Source: Vulcanimicrobiota bacterium (GTDB taxonomy: Bacteria > Vulcanimicrobiota > Xenobia > Xenobiales > JADMJV01). Taken from it: DNA of 64,000 bases. The stretch spans positions 69,495-133,494 of the forward strand of contig JAHBVR010000002.1 in the NCBI GenBank assembly GCA_019637395.1, read 5' to 3'. The notes under the pieces were generated by a model. It ran no database searches. It was not told the origin of the DNA and worked only from the letters and a program-made list of their open reading frames with translations. How positions within the stretch are numbered: position 1 is the stretch's first letter; each line of letters starts with the position of its first letter. This document shows positions 17,362-27,244 of this stretch, piece after piece. The translations under genes were made by a program, and so were the position numbers.

Positions 17362-18342
17362 ATGAATCAAGGAGCAGATCGAGTTGAGTTTTCCCCTGTG
17401 TTGGGGCGTCCTATTCGGCAGGGCACTTTTTCCGAGCTTTCCGTTTCCGACCGGGAACGGGTCCTGCAGGCCATCGAGGCTCGCGATCTCGAGCGCTTGA
17501 CTGCCTATTGGGCTTATCTTAGCGCTGGTCAGCAGATGATGATCACGCTTGGTTACGAGTGGGCTCTGCGCTGGATCCTGGAAACCGGGCCGGAAGTCAC
17601 CGCTCAGGGTCATAGCGTCTTTGTGGAGTCGCTGGCTGACTCCGTTATTGGGCGGATGGTCACGGAGCTTCTGGAGGACCCTGAAGAACTGTCTGCGTTA
17701 GCCGACCCACAGACGAGCCGCCTGGCGCCTCACCTGCCGCAGCCCTCCCCAGTGCTCGAAAAGGCTCAGGTGGGTGACTGGGAGGGAGCCCGAGTTTTGT
17801 TCGAAGGTGAGTTTTTGCGGGCCAAAGCCTGGCATGATCTCTTGTTTCGTTATTCTTACGCGGTGATGAGCGCCTTGTTGGAAAAAGTTGGCCAGGAGCA
17901 AGCTCAGGCGGCCGTGGAGCGCGTCCTCAGGTCTACTTCTTTTTATGAACCGGCCTGGCAGCAGGCCGCCGCCGTGGAGCCGGAACAATTGGCCGTGATG
18001 CTGGCCGAGCACTTGCGACTGCACTTTTCGGGCCCCGACGGCGGGGGAGTGGAAATCATCGAGGAAGCGGACCGGATCCGCCTGGTCCTTTCTCCCTGCG
18101 GCAGCGGTGGGACGATGCGCCGGCAAATCGGTCATCAGCCGGGCTTTGCCAAGTTGGAACAGGCCAGTGAGGTAACCTGGGGACGCGCCGGCGAGGTTCC
18201 CCTTTATTGCTCGCATTGCGCGGTGAACGAGCTCGAATCTTTACGCCGTTTTGGCCATAAGAAATGGCTCACCGAGTTTGATCCGGACCCCAGCAAACCT
18301 TGCGGTTGGACGATTCTTAAGCGCCCTACCACTTCAACTTGA
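17362..18342 (+). CDS. Hypothetical protein with a C-terminal Cys cluster (CGSGG...CSHC...C)
   Basis: 326-aa ORF, 32 bp downstream of the response regulator, with coding-like composition. No recognised family. Confidence 0.5.
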   Translation: MNQGADRVEFSPVLGRPIRQGTFSELSVSDRERVLQAIEARDLERLTAYWAYLSAGQQMMITLGYEWALRWILETGPEVTAQGHSVFVESLADSVIGRMVTELLEDPEELSALADPQTSRLAPHLPQPSPVLEKAQVGDWEGARVLFEGEFLRAKAWHDLLFRYSYAVMSALLEKVGQEQAQAAVERVLRSTSFYEPAWQQAAAVEPEQLAVMLAEHLRLHFSGPDGGGVEIIEEADRIRLVLSPCGSGGTMRRQIGHQPGFAKLEQASEVTWGRAGEVPLYCSHCAVNELESLRRFGHKKWLTEFDPDPSKPCGWTILKRPTTST

Positions 18343-18685
18343 AGTCGACGCCGGTGGGTCCGCCCTTGACGCCGCCGTTGTCAAAGCGAGGCTTGATCTT
18401 GGCGTCGATTCCCGGCAAGGGAATGCCGTCCACCACCATTTTCATGGGCCCGGGAACAGCCTCTTTGAGCTTGTCGTTGGCGGACTTGGGCTGAGCCGGC
18501 GCCTCGGGCCGGCACAGAGCCATGGCCTGCTGCGGGGTCAGGAAGATCTGCACCGGCGTCGTCTGGGTGGGGATGAAAACATCCGCTGGTGGAGCCACGG
18601 GGCCCGTCAGACTGGCGGCGTCGACCTGGGGGCGCACCGGAACGGTGGCTGGTTGGGGAAGGGTAGCGGTTTTCAGCGAGTCCAT
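18326..18685 (-). CDS. Hypothetical protein (119 aa)
   Basis: Best of several competing overlapping frames; Pro/Ala-rich. Weak call. Confidence 0.3.
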   Translation of the reverse strand: MDSLKTATLPQPATVPVRPQVDAASLTGPVAPPADVFIPTQTTPVQIFLTPQQAMALCRPEAPAQPKSANDKLKEAVPGPMKMVVDGIPLPGIDAKIKPRFDNGGVKGGPTGVDFKLKW

Positions 18686-19022
18686 AGTCGGACTCTAAGC
18701 GGCCGGCCTTAATCTGGCCTTGCCACCAGACTCCAAATATTACGGGGTCGTTAACTCTGACGGCAGGCGCACGTCGCGAGGCTCGGGCGCACACTCGGGG
18801 CGCGTATCCGGACCCATCCAATCATGAGCCTCAATGAGATGGATGGAACTCTTTTCCGGCGCGCTTTGACGCTGAGGAACGGAATGGCCCTGACGCTCAA
18901 ACGAATGAATCAAGCGAACTACCTCCATAGACAATAACATTCTCGAAGCCTAATGGTTAATCCTTGTTATTGAGAGTATTTCAACAAAGAGCTCCGCATG
19001 ACCTTTCCGAGCCGTGGCCCAT

Positions 19023-19436
19023 CTAGAGGTAGACGCGAGAAAACAGGCATTCGGGACGGGGGCTGGAGGAGTCGGCCAGCAGGGGGAAGCCGAGAGCCTC
19101 GGCGCCTACGCGCACCCAGCGGCCGTGGGAACTTTGCAGACCTACTTTCCCCGGCTCCAGTTCCGAAAGTTCAAAAACTTCCCAGCCCAGGATGCGCTCG
19201 GCTCCGCCGTAGAGGGCCCAGCGATTTTGCTCGTCGGTGGCGCTGACGTAGCGTCCGTGGGCCGTCTTGAGAGCAACATGGGTTTCCGAAAGGTAGATCA
19301 GCGAAAAAATTTCCCAGCCCAGCAAACGTTGGGCCAGACCGTTGATGCGCCAACCGCCCTGATGATTGAGGGCGGTAACGTAACGATCCTGATAGGTTTT
19401 CAGCGCAATGTCACGCCGATAGAGGCGGTCGAACAT
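19023..19436 (-). CDS. Hypothetical protein with fascin-like/beta-trefoil-like internal repeats
   Basis: The unit ALKT..GRYV.A.....W.....ER.LGWE.F.L recurs three times. Confidence 0.5.
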   Translation of the reverse strand: MFDRLYRRDIALKTYQDRYVTALNHQGGWRINGLAQRLLGWEIFSLIYLSETHVALKTAHGRYVSATDEQNRWALYGGAERILGWEVFELSELEPGKVGLQSSHGRWVRVGAEALGFPLLADSSSPRPECLFSRVYL

Positions 19437-19455
19437 CGCCTCAGCTTCTCTGCAC

Positions 19456-19495
19456 CCCCCGGGTACTCTTTTCAGCCGGGGATTTTTTTTGTATG
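19456..19495 (+). terminator. Intrinsic-terminator-like hairpin plus T8 on the plus strand, upstream of potA
   Basis: CCCCGG-N13-CCGGGG stem followed by ATTTTTTTT at 19487-19495. Confidence 0.4.
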
Positions 19496-19601
19496 ATGCA
19501 GCGTCTGGATCAGCGACCCGCTCCGGTCTGCACCTCGCAAGCGAAGTGCAGCGGCAATCTCGCCCGAGCTATTCAGGATCTAAAATACTGGAGCGGATTC
19601 G

Positions 19602-20675
19602 TTGGACCCATACGCTGTTGAGTTGCTGCGTGTCAGCAAAACTTACAAAACCTACCAGGCTCTCTTCGGGATCGACCTGCAGATTCGCAAGGGCGAGTTC
19701 TTCTCGCTGCTCGGTCCTTCCGGGTGTGGTAAAACCACCACATTGCGCCTGGTCGCCGGCTTCGAAGAGCCGACCTCCGGTGAAGTGCGCATTGACGGCC
19801 AGGCGGTGGCCGGCCTGCCTGCCTACCAGCGCAACGTCAACACGGTATTTCAAAGCTACAGTCTCTTTCCCCACCTCTCCATCTTCGAGAATGTCGCTTT
19901 CGGCTTACGCCGCCGTAAGGTGTCCGAGTCCGAGATTCGGCGCCGGGTGGACGAGGCGCTGGCCATGGTGCATCTGAGCGATAAAAGCAAAGGGCGCACC
20001 CACGAATTGTCGGGTGGCCAGCAACAGCGCGTGGCGCTGGCCCGCGCTCTGGTCAACCAGCCGGCCGTACTGCTCTTGGACGAGCCGATGGCCGCGCTGG
20101 ATTCCAAGCTGCGCAAGGAAATGCGCTCCGAACTCAAGCGCCTGCAGAAAAGTCTGGGCATTACCTTCGTGCTGGTTACCCATGATCAAGAAGAAGCGCT
20201 CACCCTGTCGGACCGGCTGGCGGTGATGAACGCCGGGCGGGTCGAGCAAGTGTGCCAACCCCGCGAAGTCTACGAGCGTCCGGCCACCCGGTTCGTGGCC
20301 GAGTTCATCGGAACCGCTAACTTTTTACCCGTCAAAGTGGCCGAAATCAGCAACGGCCGCACCCGGGTAAATAGCGAAGATGGCCAGTTCTGGGTGATTT
20401 CACGCCCCGGCCTGCAGGTGGGTGATGCGGCCGAATTGAGCCTGCGCCCGGAACGGCTCAGGCTCGGCAAGACCGCCGATCCGGATCACAATAGCCTCGA
20501 GGGGACGGTGGCCGAGGCCATCTTTATGGGACCAATCACCCGTTACATCGTAAATTTGAGCAACGGCTACCAGTTGCTGACGGAGAGGCAAAATCTGGAG
20601 GAGTCGAGCTTTCAGGCAGGTGATCCGGTGTGCGTGAACTGGGACGTCGACTCGGGGGCCTTGTTGCCGCGGTGA
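19602..20675 (+). CDS. potA: Spermidine/putrescine ABC transporter ATP-binding protein
   Basis: Walker A GPSGCGKTT, signature LSGGQQQRVALARAL, Walker B LLLDEP, and a C-terminal TOBE domain. TTG start preceded by GGAG. Confidence 0.85.
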   Translation: MDPYAVELLRVSKTYKTYQALFGIDLQIRKGEFFSLLGPSGCGKTTTLRLVAGFEEPTSGEVRIDGQAVAGLPAYQRNVNTVFQSYSLFPHLSIFENVAFGLRRRKVSESEIRRRVDEALAMVHLSDKSKGRTHELSGGQQQRVALARALVNQPAVLLLDEPMAALDSKLRKEMRSELKRLQKSLGITFVLVTHDQEEALTLSDRLAVMNAGRVEQVCQPREVYERPATRFVAEFIGTANFLPVKVAEISNGRTRVNSEDGQFWVISRPGLQVGDAAELSLRPERLRLGKTADPDHNSLEGTVAEAIFMGPITRYIVNLSNGYQLLTERQNLEESSFQAGDPVCVNWDVDSGALLPR

Positions 20676-21727
20676 AAGACCGCCTCCAACTGTTGACTCT
20701 ACGGCCCACCCGCCGCCAGTTCTTGCAGGCTGCCTCCCTGTTGGGTCTGGGTTGTCTGGCGGGCGGTTGCCTGGATCATCCCAACACCCTGAATTTCTAC
20801 AACTGGTCGCTCTATATCGGGCCGGATACGGTCAGGCAGTTCGAGCAGGCCAGCGGCATTCGCGTCAACTATGAGGAGTGTTCTTCGGCTGACGTCATGT
20901 TCGCCAAGCTCAAGATCGGCACCGAGGGCTATGACCTGATCGTCACTCCCGATTACATGCTGCGCCGCTTGATTCGCCAGAATCTGGTGCAAAAGTTGCC
21001 CAGGCCGGTGCCGGGAGAGCGTCTCTATGAACGTCTGCGCCACCCTCCCTGGGACCCCCATCAGGAGTGGTCTATTCCTTATCTCTGGGGCACGGTCGGC
21101 ATTGCCTATCTCAAGGATCGAGTGATTCCCGCCCCCGACAGTTGGAAGGTGCTGTTTGACGGCAAGTACGGGCGCAGCATTACCATGCTCGACGAAAAGC
21201 GCGACACTCTGGGGGCTGCCCTGATCAGTCAGGGCTTCTCGGGCAATTCCGTCCAACCGGAAGAGCTGGAGAAAGCCAAGCAGGCCCTGTTGCGGCAAAA
21301 ACAGTGGGTACGCCGCTACACCTCGGATTTCATCGATGACTTGATTCGCCACGAAACCACCCTGGCGCTGGCCTGGTCGGGTGATGTCCATCAAGCCGCC
21401 TCGGACCCGACGGTGGGCTACGCCATTCCCCGCGAGGGCAGCTTTTTGTTCGTCGACAACATGGCCATCCCGCGAGCCGCTCCCCATCCGGAGGCGGCCA
21501 TGCAGTTTATCCTCTACTATATGCAGCCGGAAGTGGCCGCGGGGGTGACCAACGGTTGCGGTTACGCCAATCCCATCGAAGCCTCCGAGAAGTGGGTCCG
21601 GCCCGAGATTCTCACTGATTCGCTGACCTATCCCAGCAAAGAGGTGATGAAACGCCTGGTTTTTCAGGAAGACCTGGGAGCCGGCGAAAAGCTCTGGGAC
21701 CACATTTGGGAAGAGGTCAAGCGATGA
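20672..21727 (+). CDS. potD: Spermidine/putrescine-binding periplasmic lipoprotein
   Basis: GTGA overlap with the potA stop. Tat/lipobox leader (TRRQFLQAASLLGLGCLAGGC) and PotD/PotF-family body. Confidence 0.8.
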   Translation: MKDRLQLLTLRPTRRQFLQAASLLGLGCLAGGCLDHPNTLNFYNWSLYIGPDTVRQFEQASGIRVNYEECSSADVMFAKLKIGTEGYDLIVTPDYMLRRLIRQNLVQKLPRPVPGERLYERLRHPPWDPHQEWSIPYLWGTVGIAYLKDRVIPAPDSWKVLFDGKYGRSITMLDEKRDTLGAALISQGFSGNSVQPEELEKAKQALLRQKQWVRRYTSDFIDDLIRHETTLALAWSGDVHQAASDPTVGYAIPREGSFLFVDNMAIPRAAPHPEAAMQFILYYMQPEVAAGVTNGCGYANPIEASEKWVRPEILTDSLTYPSKEVMKRLVFQEDLGAGEKLWDHIWEEVKR

Positions 21728-22560
21728 AGCGCTTTCTGGCCTGGGCGCTGGTGCTGCCCTTTGTGCTCTACAACCTGACTTTCGTCATCTTCCCCCTCTT
21801 TACCGTGCTCTATCAGAGTATGTTCACCATCGACGCCGAGTATAACGTCTCCCAGCAGGCCAGCCTGGACAACTTCAAGGCAGCCTTTTCGGCCGCCAAT
21901 CTTGAGGTCATGTGGCGTTCGGCCCGCTATGCCTTGACCACCACCGCCGCCTGTCTGCTGCTGGGCTATCCCCTGGCTTATTTCATCGCCGTCTACGGCG
22001 GGCGTTTGCGCAGCCAGCTGCTGATTCTGGTGGTGCTGCCCTTCTGGACATCGTATTTGATCCGCACCTTCGCCTGGACCACACTCTTACAAAAAGAAGG
22101 CGTCATCAATGCCGTCCTGCTCAAGCTGCACCTCATCAGCCAGCCGCTGCAGATGTTGAATACGGATTTTTCCGTGATTTTAGGATTGACTTACGGGTTT
22201 CTGCCCTTTGCCACGCTGCCGATTTATGTGAGCCTGGAAAACCAGGACCGCTCCCTGGTGGAGGCGGCCGCCGACCTGGGCGCTACTCCTGTTCAGGCTT
22301 TTTGGAAGGTGGTTTTTCCGCTTTCCCTGCCGGGCGTGATTTCGGCCAGCCTGATTACCTTCGTGCCGGCCATGGGTGACTTTGTTTCGGCGGAAATCCT
22401 GGGTTCGCCCGAGACGCAGATGATCGGCAATTTGATTCAGCAGCAGTTTCTGGCCCTCTTTAACTGGCCGATGGGATCGGCCCTGTCGCTGGTGCTCATG
22501 CTGTTGATGGTGACTTCCATGGCGCTCTACATGGGGCTGGCGGGTGAGCGCGATGCGTGA
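21706..22560 (+). CDS. potB: Polyamine ABC transporter permease
   Basis: Six TM helices with the EAA-like motif (EAAADLGATPVQAFWKVVFPL). Confidence 0.8.
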   Translation: MGRGQAMKRFLAWALVLPFVLYNLTFVIFPLFTVLYQSMFTIDAEYNVSQQASLDNFKAAFSAANLEVMWRSARYALTTTAACLLLGYPLAYFIAVYGGRLRSQLLILVVLPFWTSYLIRTFAWTTLLQKEGVINAVLLKLHLISQPLQMLNTDFSVILGLTYGFLPFATLPIYVSLENQDRSLVEAAADLGATPVQAFWKVVFPLSLPGVISASLITFVPAMGDFVSAEILGSPETQMIGNLIQQQFLALFNWPMGSALSLVLMLLMVTSMALYMGLAGERDA

Positions 22561-23347
22561 AGAAAAACCCGGCCCCCTCTGGTTGCGACTCTACGCGCTG
22601 ACGGTCTACCTGTTTCTTTACACGCCTATCGTGGTGCTGGTGCTGTTCTCGTTTAACGATAGCCGGCGCAATAGCAGCTGGGAAGGTTTCACCACCAGGT
22701 GGTACGTCACGCTCTGGCACAACGAGCTGCTGATGCGGGCTCTCTTGAACAGTTTGAAAGTGGCCTGCCTGGCCACTTTCCTCTCGACGGTGCTGGGAAC
22801 TATGGCGGCGCTGGCTCTGTCGCGCTATCCATTCCGCGGCCGGGAAGCGGTCGGAGCGCTGGCATACCTGCCGATGATGGTGCCGGAAATTGTCATGGGC
22901 ATCGCTCTCTTGACTTTCTTTATCAAAGTGGGCATCCAGCTCTCTATCGTAACGGTCATTCTGGCTCACGTGGCCTTCTCGGTCGGCTACGTTACGGTGA
23001 CGGTGCGCACGCGTCTGGCCGGTATGAAGGGCAACCTGGAGGAAGCCGCCGCCGACCTGGGGGCCACTCCCTGGCAGACTTTCTGGCTGGTGACTTTTCC
23101 ACGTATTCTGCCCGGCATTATGTCGGGAGCCTTGCTGGCCTTCACGCTTTCCTTCGACGACTTCGTGATCACCTTTTTCACGGCCGGCATCGGGGCCACC
23201 ACTCTGCCGCTCAAGATCTACTCGATGCTAAAGTTCGGCGTGACCCCCGAGGTCAACGCCATTTCTACCATCATGTTGGGCTTTACGATTGGCCTGCTGG
23301 CGCTTTGGAGCCGGCTTGAATCCGATCCAAAGTCCCTCGGCCGGTAA
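22544..23347 (+). CDS. potC: Polyamine ABC transporter permease
   Basis: Second permease with an EAA motif (EAAADLGATPWQTFWLVTFPRI). Confidence 0.8.
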   Translation: MSAMREEKPGPLWLRLYALTVYLFLYTPIVVLVLFSFNDSRRNSSWEGFTTRWYVTLWHNELLMRALLNSLKVACLATFLSTVLGTMAALALSRYPFRGREAVGALAYLPMMVPEIVMGIALLTFFIKVGIQLSIVTVILAHVAFSVGYVTVTVRTRLAGMKGNLEEAAADLGATPWQTFWLVTFPRILPGIMSGALLAFTLSFDDFVITFFTAGIGATTLPLKIYSMLKFGVTPEVNAISTIMLGFTIGLLALWSRLESDPKSLGR

Positions 23348-25336
23348 GATAAAGCCTCCTCCCCTCAAAGGACCCCCCACTTCGTAGCTGGTCAGCTCCA
23401 CTTGCCAGCCGGAACGATGTTCGGCGGGCAACTGAAAGTTTACTTGCGTATCCGAGCCGTTGCAGATCAGCAGCATGTGCTCGCATTCTCCGTGCATCAG
23501 CATGCCCAGGGCTGCCCAATCCGCCAGATGCCAGTCCCGCTGGCTCACTTCACGGCCTTCGGGATGCAGCCAGAGAACGTCTTCGGACTTGAGGTAGCGC
23601 GCTCGTCCCAGCGTTTCTCCCAGACGTTTGCGCAGTTGCGCCAGTTTGTGCACGAAGCCCAGCAAATCGCGCTGGTCGTAGCCTAACTTCCAGTCCACCC
23701 AACTGATGCTGCTGTCCTGGCAGTAGGCATTGTTGTTGCCGCCCTGGCTGCGCCCGATTTCGTCCCCGCCCAACAACATGGGCACGCCTTGAGAAAGGTA
23801 GAGGCAGGCCAACATACTCTTTTGCTGGCGCAAGCGCCGGGCCCGTACGGTAGGATCGTCACTTTCGCCTTCGACTCCGAAGTTGCGGCTGGAGTTGTTG
23901 TTGGAGCCGTCGCGATTTTCTTCGCCGTTGGCCAGGTTGTGTTTTTCCTGATAGCACACCAGGTCGCGCAGCGTGAAGCCGTCGTGGCAGGTGATGAAGT
24001 TGATCGAGCTGAGCGGCCCCTTGCCGGATTTCCCGAACAGGTCGCTGGAGCCGGTCAGACGAGTCGCCAACTGAGCCTGATGACCCGCGTCTCCACGCCA
24101 GTAACGGCGCAGACAGTCGCGGTAGCGGTCGTTCCACTCGGCCCAGCGGGTGGGGAAATTGCCCACCTGGTAGCCCCCCTCGCCCAGGTCCCAGGGTTCG
24201 GCGATCAGCTTGACGTTGCGCAGCACCGGATCCTGATGGACTGCGTCCAAGAAGGAACTGCGGTCACGAGCCAGGGCAGTGGCCAGGTCGTAGCGGAAGC
24301 CGTCCACGTGCATCTCCTCCACCCAGAAGCGCAAGCTGTCCATGACCATGGAAAGCACCTGGGGATGGTCGGTGTTGACGGTGTTGCCGCAACCGGTGAA
24401 ATCCCGGTAGTAGCGCGGCCGGTTCTTATCCAGGCGGTAATAGCTGAGATTGTCGAGGCCGCGGAAACTCAGGGTGGGTCCCAACTGGCTGCCTTCGCCG
24501 GTGTGGTTGTAGACCACGTCGAGAATCACCTCGATACCGGCTCGGTGAAAGGCTTTGACCATTTCCCGGAACTCGCTCAGGGCGTCCTCACGGGCATAGC
24601 GCGAGGCGGGCCGGAAGAAGTTGATGGTGCCGTAGCCCCAATAGTTGACCAGACCCAGTTCGCGCAGCCGCCGGTCATCCAGGATCGAATGCACCGGCAA
24701 CAACTCCACTGCCGTTACGCCCAGCTTCTGGTAGTGCTCCAGCATGACCGGGCAGGAGAGACCGCGATAGGTTCCGCGCAAATCGGCGGGCACGTCGGGA
24801 TGGAGCAGAGTGGCTCCTTTGACGTGGGTTTCGTAAATCAAGGTCTGCGACCAGGGCGTGCGGGGGTGCGCGTCTCCTTCCCAATCGAAGGACATGTCTA
24901 CGACCCGGCCCTTGGGGGCGTGCTCGCCGTTATCGCGCCGATCCATGGTCAGGTCCTGGTCCGGGTCACCGATGACGTAGCCAAAATCGCTGTCGGCCAG
25001 TTGGATGCGCCCATCGTAAGCGCGGGCATAGGGATCGAGTAACAGTTTGTAAGGGTTGAAGCGATGGCCGCGCTCCGGGTCGTAGGGGCCGTGCACTCGG
25101 TAGCCGTATTGCAATCCGGGACCCGCTCCAGGCAGGTATCCGTGGAAAATATTGTGCGTGCATTCGCGAAGGCGGATTCTCTCCTCGCGGCCGTGGCGAA
25201 ACAGGCAGAGTTCTACTTCCTCGGCATTTTCGGAAAAAAGCGCGAAGTTGACCCCCTGGCCGTCCCAGGTGGCGCCCAGGGGATCGGGTCGGCCCGCCTT
25301 CAGCACCAGGTTTCGCGGCACGGTGGAATTACTCAT
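23228..25336 (-). CDS. glgX: Glycogen debranching enzyme (GH13, GlgX-type)
   Basis: GVNFALFS, GYNWGYG, VILDVVYNHT, GFRFDLA and EPWD motifs. The 3' end overlaps potC convergently by about 120 bp. Confidence 0.85.
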   Translation of the reverse strand: MSNSTVPRNLVLKAGRPDPLGATWDGQGVNFALFSENAEEVELCLFRHGREERIRLRECTHNIFHGYLPGAGPGLQYGYRVHGPYDPERGHRFNPYKLLLDPYARAYDGRIQLADSDFGYVIGDPDQDLTMDRRDNGEHAPKGRVVDMSFDWEGDAHPRTPWSQTLIYETHVKGATLLHPDVPADLRGTYRGLSCPVMLEHYQKLGVTAVELLPVHSILDDRRLRELGLVNYWGYGTINFFRPASRYAREDALSEFREMVKAFHRAGIEVILDVVYNHTGEGSQLGPTLSFRGLDNLSYYRLDKNRPRYYRDFTGCGNTVNTDHPQVLSMVMDSLRFWVEEMHVDGFRYDLATALARDRSSFLDAVHQDPVLRNVKLIAEPWDLGEGGYQVGNFPTRWAEWNDRYRDCLRRYWRGDAGHQAQLATRLTGSSDLFGKSGKGPLSSINFITCHDGFTLRDLVCYQEKHNLANGEENRDGSNNNSSRNFGVEGESDDPTVRARRLRQQKSMLACLYLSQGVPMLLGGDEIGRSQGGNNNAYCQDSSISWVDWKLGYDQRDLLGFVHKLAQLRKRLGETLGRARYLKSEDVLWLHPEGREVSQRDWHLADWAALGMLMHGECEHMLLICNGSDTQVNFQLPAEHRSGWQVELTSYEVGGPLRGGGFILPAEGLWIGFKPAPKRQQANRKAQHDGRNGVDLGGHAEL

Positions 25337-25388
25337 TCAATTGCTTGCGACGCCAGGTAGCGAAATCCTGGAAGCCGAACCTGCGGGC

Positions 25389-26846
25389 ATGGAACCGTCC
25401 CTCGATCAGGTGATCCAGACTTTGCAGGAGCTGCGCGCTCGCTTGCAGGCCAGTCATCTGCCGATGATGTATTTTGAAAGCGATGAGCGGGGATGCTTGC
25501 TGCGGCTTGAGGGAGAGGTGGAGCTCTTGCTCGGTTCCCCGGCCACGGTCTGGCTCGGGAAACGTCTGGAGAGCCTGTGGCAAAGCGGGCCTTGGGAAAC
25601 TTCTCCGGCCTCTCTACACAACCAGGTGGTGACCCGTGAGGAAACCCGGCAGCGATTCTGGGTCCGTCTGGCCGACAGCCAGGCGGGTTACCGGGGAGTG
25701 CTGCTGGATTGCAGCCAGCAGCAGGTTCACGACCTGGAAGCCGGCCAGTTGCTGCTCACTCTGCAGCAGCAGCAAAAGCAACTGTCCGAACTGGAATTGG
25801 CGGTCCGCCAGCGGCAGGCTTTCGCGCTGGTCTTCAGCCGCGAGGTCCGCACCCTGGTGCACCGGATGCTCGGTCTGCTGGAAATGGTGCGCCACAAACC
25901 TCAGCCTCAGAGTTTGGACGGGCTGCAAGTCAGCCTGGAACATCTGCTGGCGCTCTCCGGCCCCCTGCAGGACGCGCTCGGGCCGGCCTGGACCGTCGAG
26001 CCGCAGCCGGTCGAGTTCGACCTTCACCAGACGGTGGCCCAGGTGGCCGCCTGGCTGAATTCGGAGGCCCGCGCCAAGGTGATCGAGATCCATTGCACCG
26101 TCTCGGACTCTATTCCGCGGCGTCTTTTGGGCGACGTGGTCAAGCTTCGCCAGATTTTGCTCCAGTTGTTGGATAACGCGGTCAAATTCACGGCCGGCGA
26201 CGTTATTGTGGATGTATCCGGCAGTTCGGAAGTGCTATTTTGCATCCAGGATACCGGGCCTGGCATGTCGGCCGCCAAGATCGAGTCGCTGTTTCAGGGT
26301 TCCCTGCTCTCGGGCGATCTGCCCACCACCGGATTGGGCATCAAGTTGGCTCGCCATCTGGTCGAGCTGCTGAGGGGCAAGATCTGGGTGGACTCTCAGC
26401 CGGAGGTGGGCACGTCCTTCTATTTCAGTTTGAACTTCGCCACCCAGGGCCCGGCCCCGGTGCTTTCGGCCCCGCCGGAGAGCGGGCGCCTGCGCGTGTT
26501 GCTGGCCGAAGATGACGCCGTCTGCCAGAAAGTCGCCCTGCGCATTCTGAACTCCATGGGTCACCGGGTCGACATCGTCTCCAACGGTCTTGACGTGCTC
26601 GAGGTTTTACAGCGAGGGGTCTACGACGTGGTGTTGCTTGATGTGGAAATGCCTGCGCTGGACGGCCTGGAAACAGCCCGCCAGATCCACCGGCGCTTCA
26701 CGCCGGCTCCGTATTTGATCGCGCTTACAGCCGGCAATTCGGCGGCCGATCGGCGTAAGGTGATGCTGGCCGGAATGCAGGATTTTCTGGCCAAGCCGCT
26801 ACGCGCCGAGGAATTAGCCGACGCACTGACGCAGATCCATTTATGA
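25389..26846 (+). CDS. Hybrid sensor histidine kinase with a C-terminal receiver domain
   Basis: HATPase N/G boxes (LLDNAVKFT, QDTGPGM, GLGIKLARHLVELL) plus a REC domain (RVLLAEDDAV...LLDVEMPALDG...KP). Confidence 0.75.
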   Translation: MEPSLDQVIQTLQELRARLQASHLPMMYFESDERGCLLRLEGEVELLLGSPATVWLGKRLESLWQSGPWETSPASLHNQVVTREETRQRFWVRLADSQAGYRGVLLDCSQQQVHDLEAGQLLLTLQQQQKQLSELELAVRQRQAFALVFSREVRTLVHRMLGLLEMVRHKPQPQSLDGLQVSLEHLLALSGPLQDALGPAWTVEPQPVEFDLHQTVAQVAAWLNSEARAKVIEIHCTVSDSIPRRLLGDVVKLRQILLQLLDNAVKFTAGDVIVDVSGSSEVLFCIQDTGPGMSAAKIESLFQGSLLSGDLPTTGLGIKLARHLVELLRGKIWVDSQPEVGTSFYFSLNFATQGPAPVLSAPPESGRLRVLLAEDDAVCQKVALRILNSMGHRVDIVSNGLDVLEVLQRGVYDVVLLDVEMPALDGLETARQIHRRFTPAPYLIALTAGNSAADRRKVMLAGMQDFLAKPLRAEELADALTQIHL

Positions 26847-27244
26847 CGCTCGTGCAAGATATCATGACCAAGGGCTGCTACTGCATGCGCCAGGAGCAAA
26901 CTCTGGCCGAGATTCTGCACGAATTCGACAAGCGCGCCATTTCGGGTGGTCCGGTGGTGGACGCTGACGGAATTGTCATCGGTCACCTCTCGCGCACCGG
27001 CGTCTCCCGCCATTTTGCTAAAGCCGGCCAGATCGACCAGAATCTAACGGTGAGGGAGGTCATGGAGACGTTTGCCTTTCAGGTCTACGCCGACGACTCG
27101 GTGAAGTCGCTCTTGGAAACGATGTTGGCCAGTCGTATTCATCGAATGATCGTGACCGATGAGGACGGGCGCCCGATAGGAATCGTGACCTCGATGGATC
27201 TCATGGGCCTTCTCTACGACCGGCTGAGCGCTTCAGACGGATAA
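26843..27244 (+). CDS. CBS-pair domain protein
   Basis: Two CBS motifs (VQDIMTK...GGPVVDADGIVIGHLS and VREVME...RMIVTDEDGRPIGIVTSMDL). ATGA overlap with the kinase stop. Confidence 0.7.
   Translation: MTLVQDIMTKGCYCMRQEQTLAEILHEFDKRAISGGPVVDADGIVIGHLSRTGVSRHFAKAGQIDQNLTVREVMETFAFQVYADDSVKSLLETMLASRIHRMIVTDEDGRPIGIVTSMDLMGLLYDRLSASDG

Noticed and set aside
23789-25042. 417-aa plus-strand ORF
   Set aside because: Antisense to glgX, which has canonical GH13 motifs.
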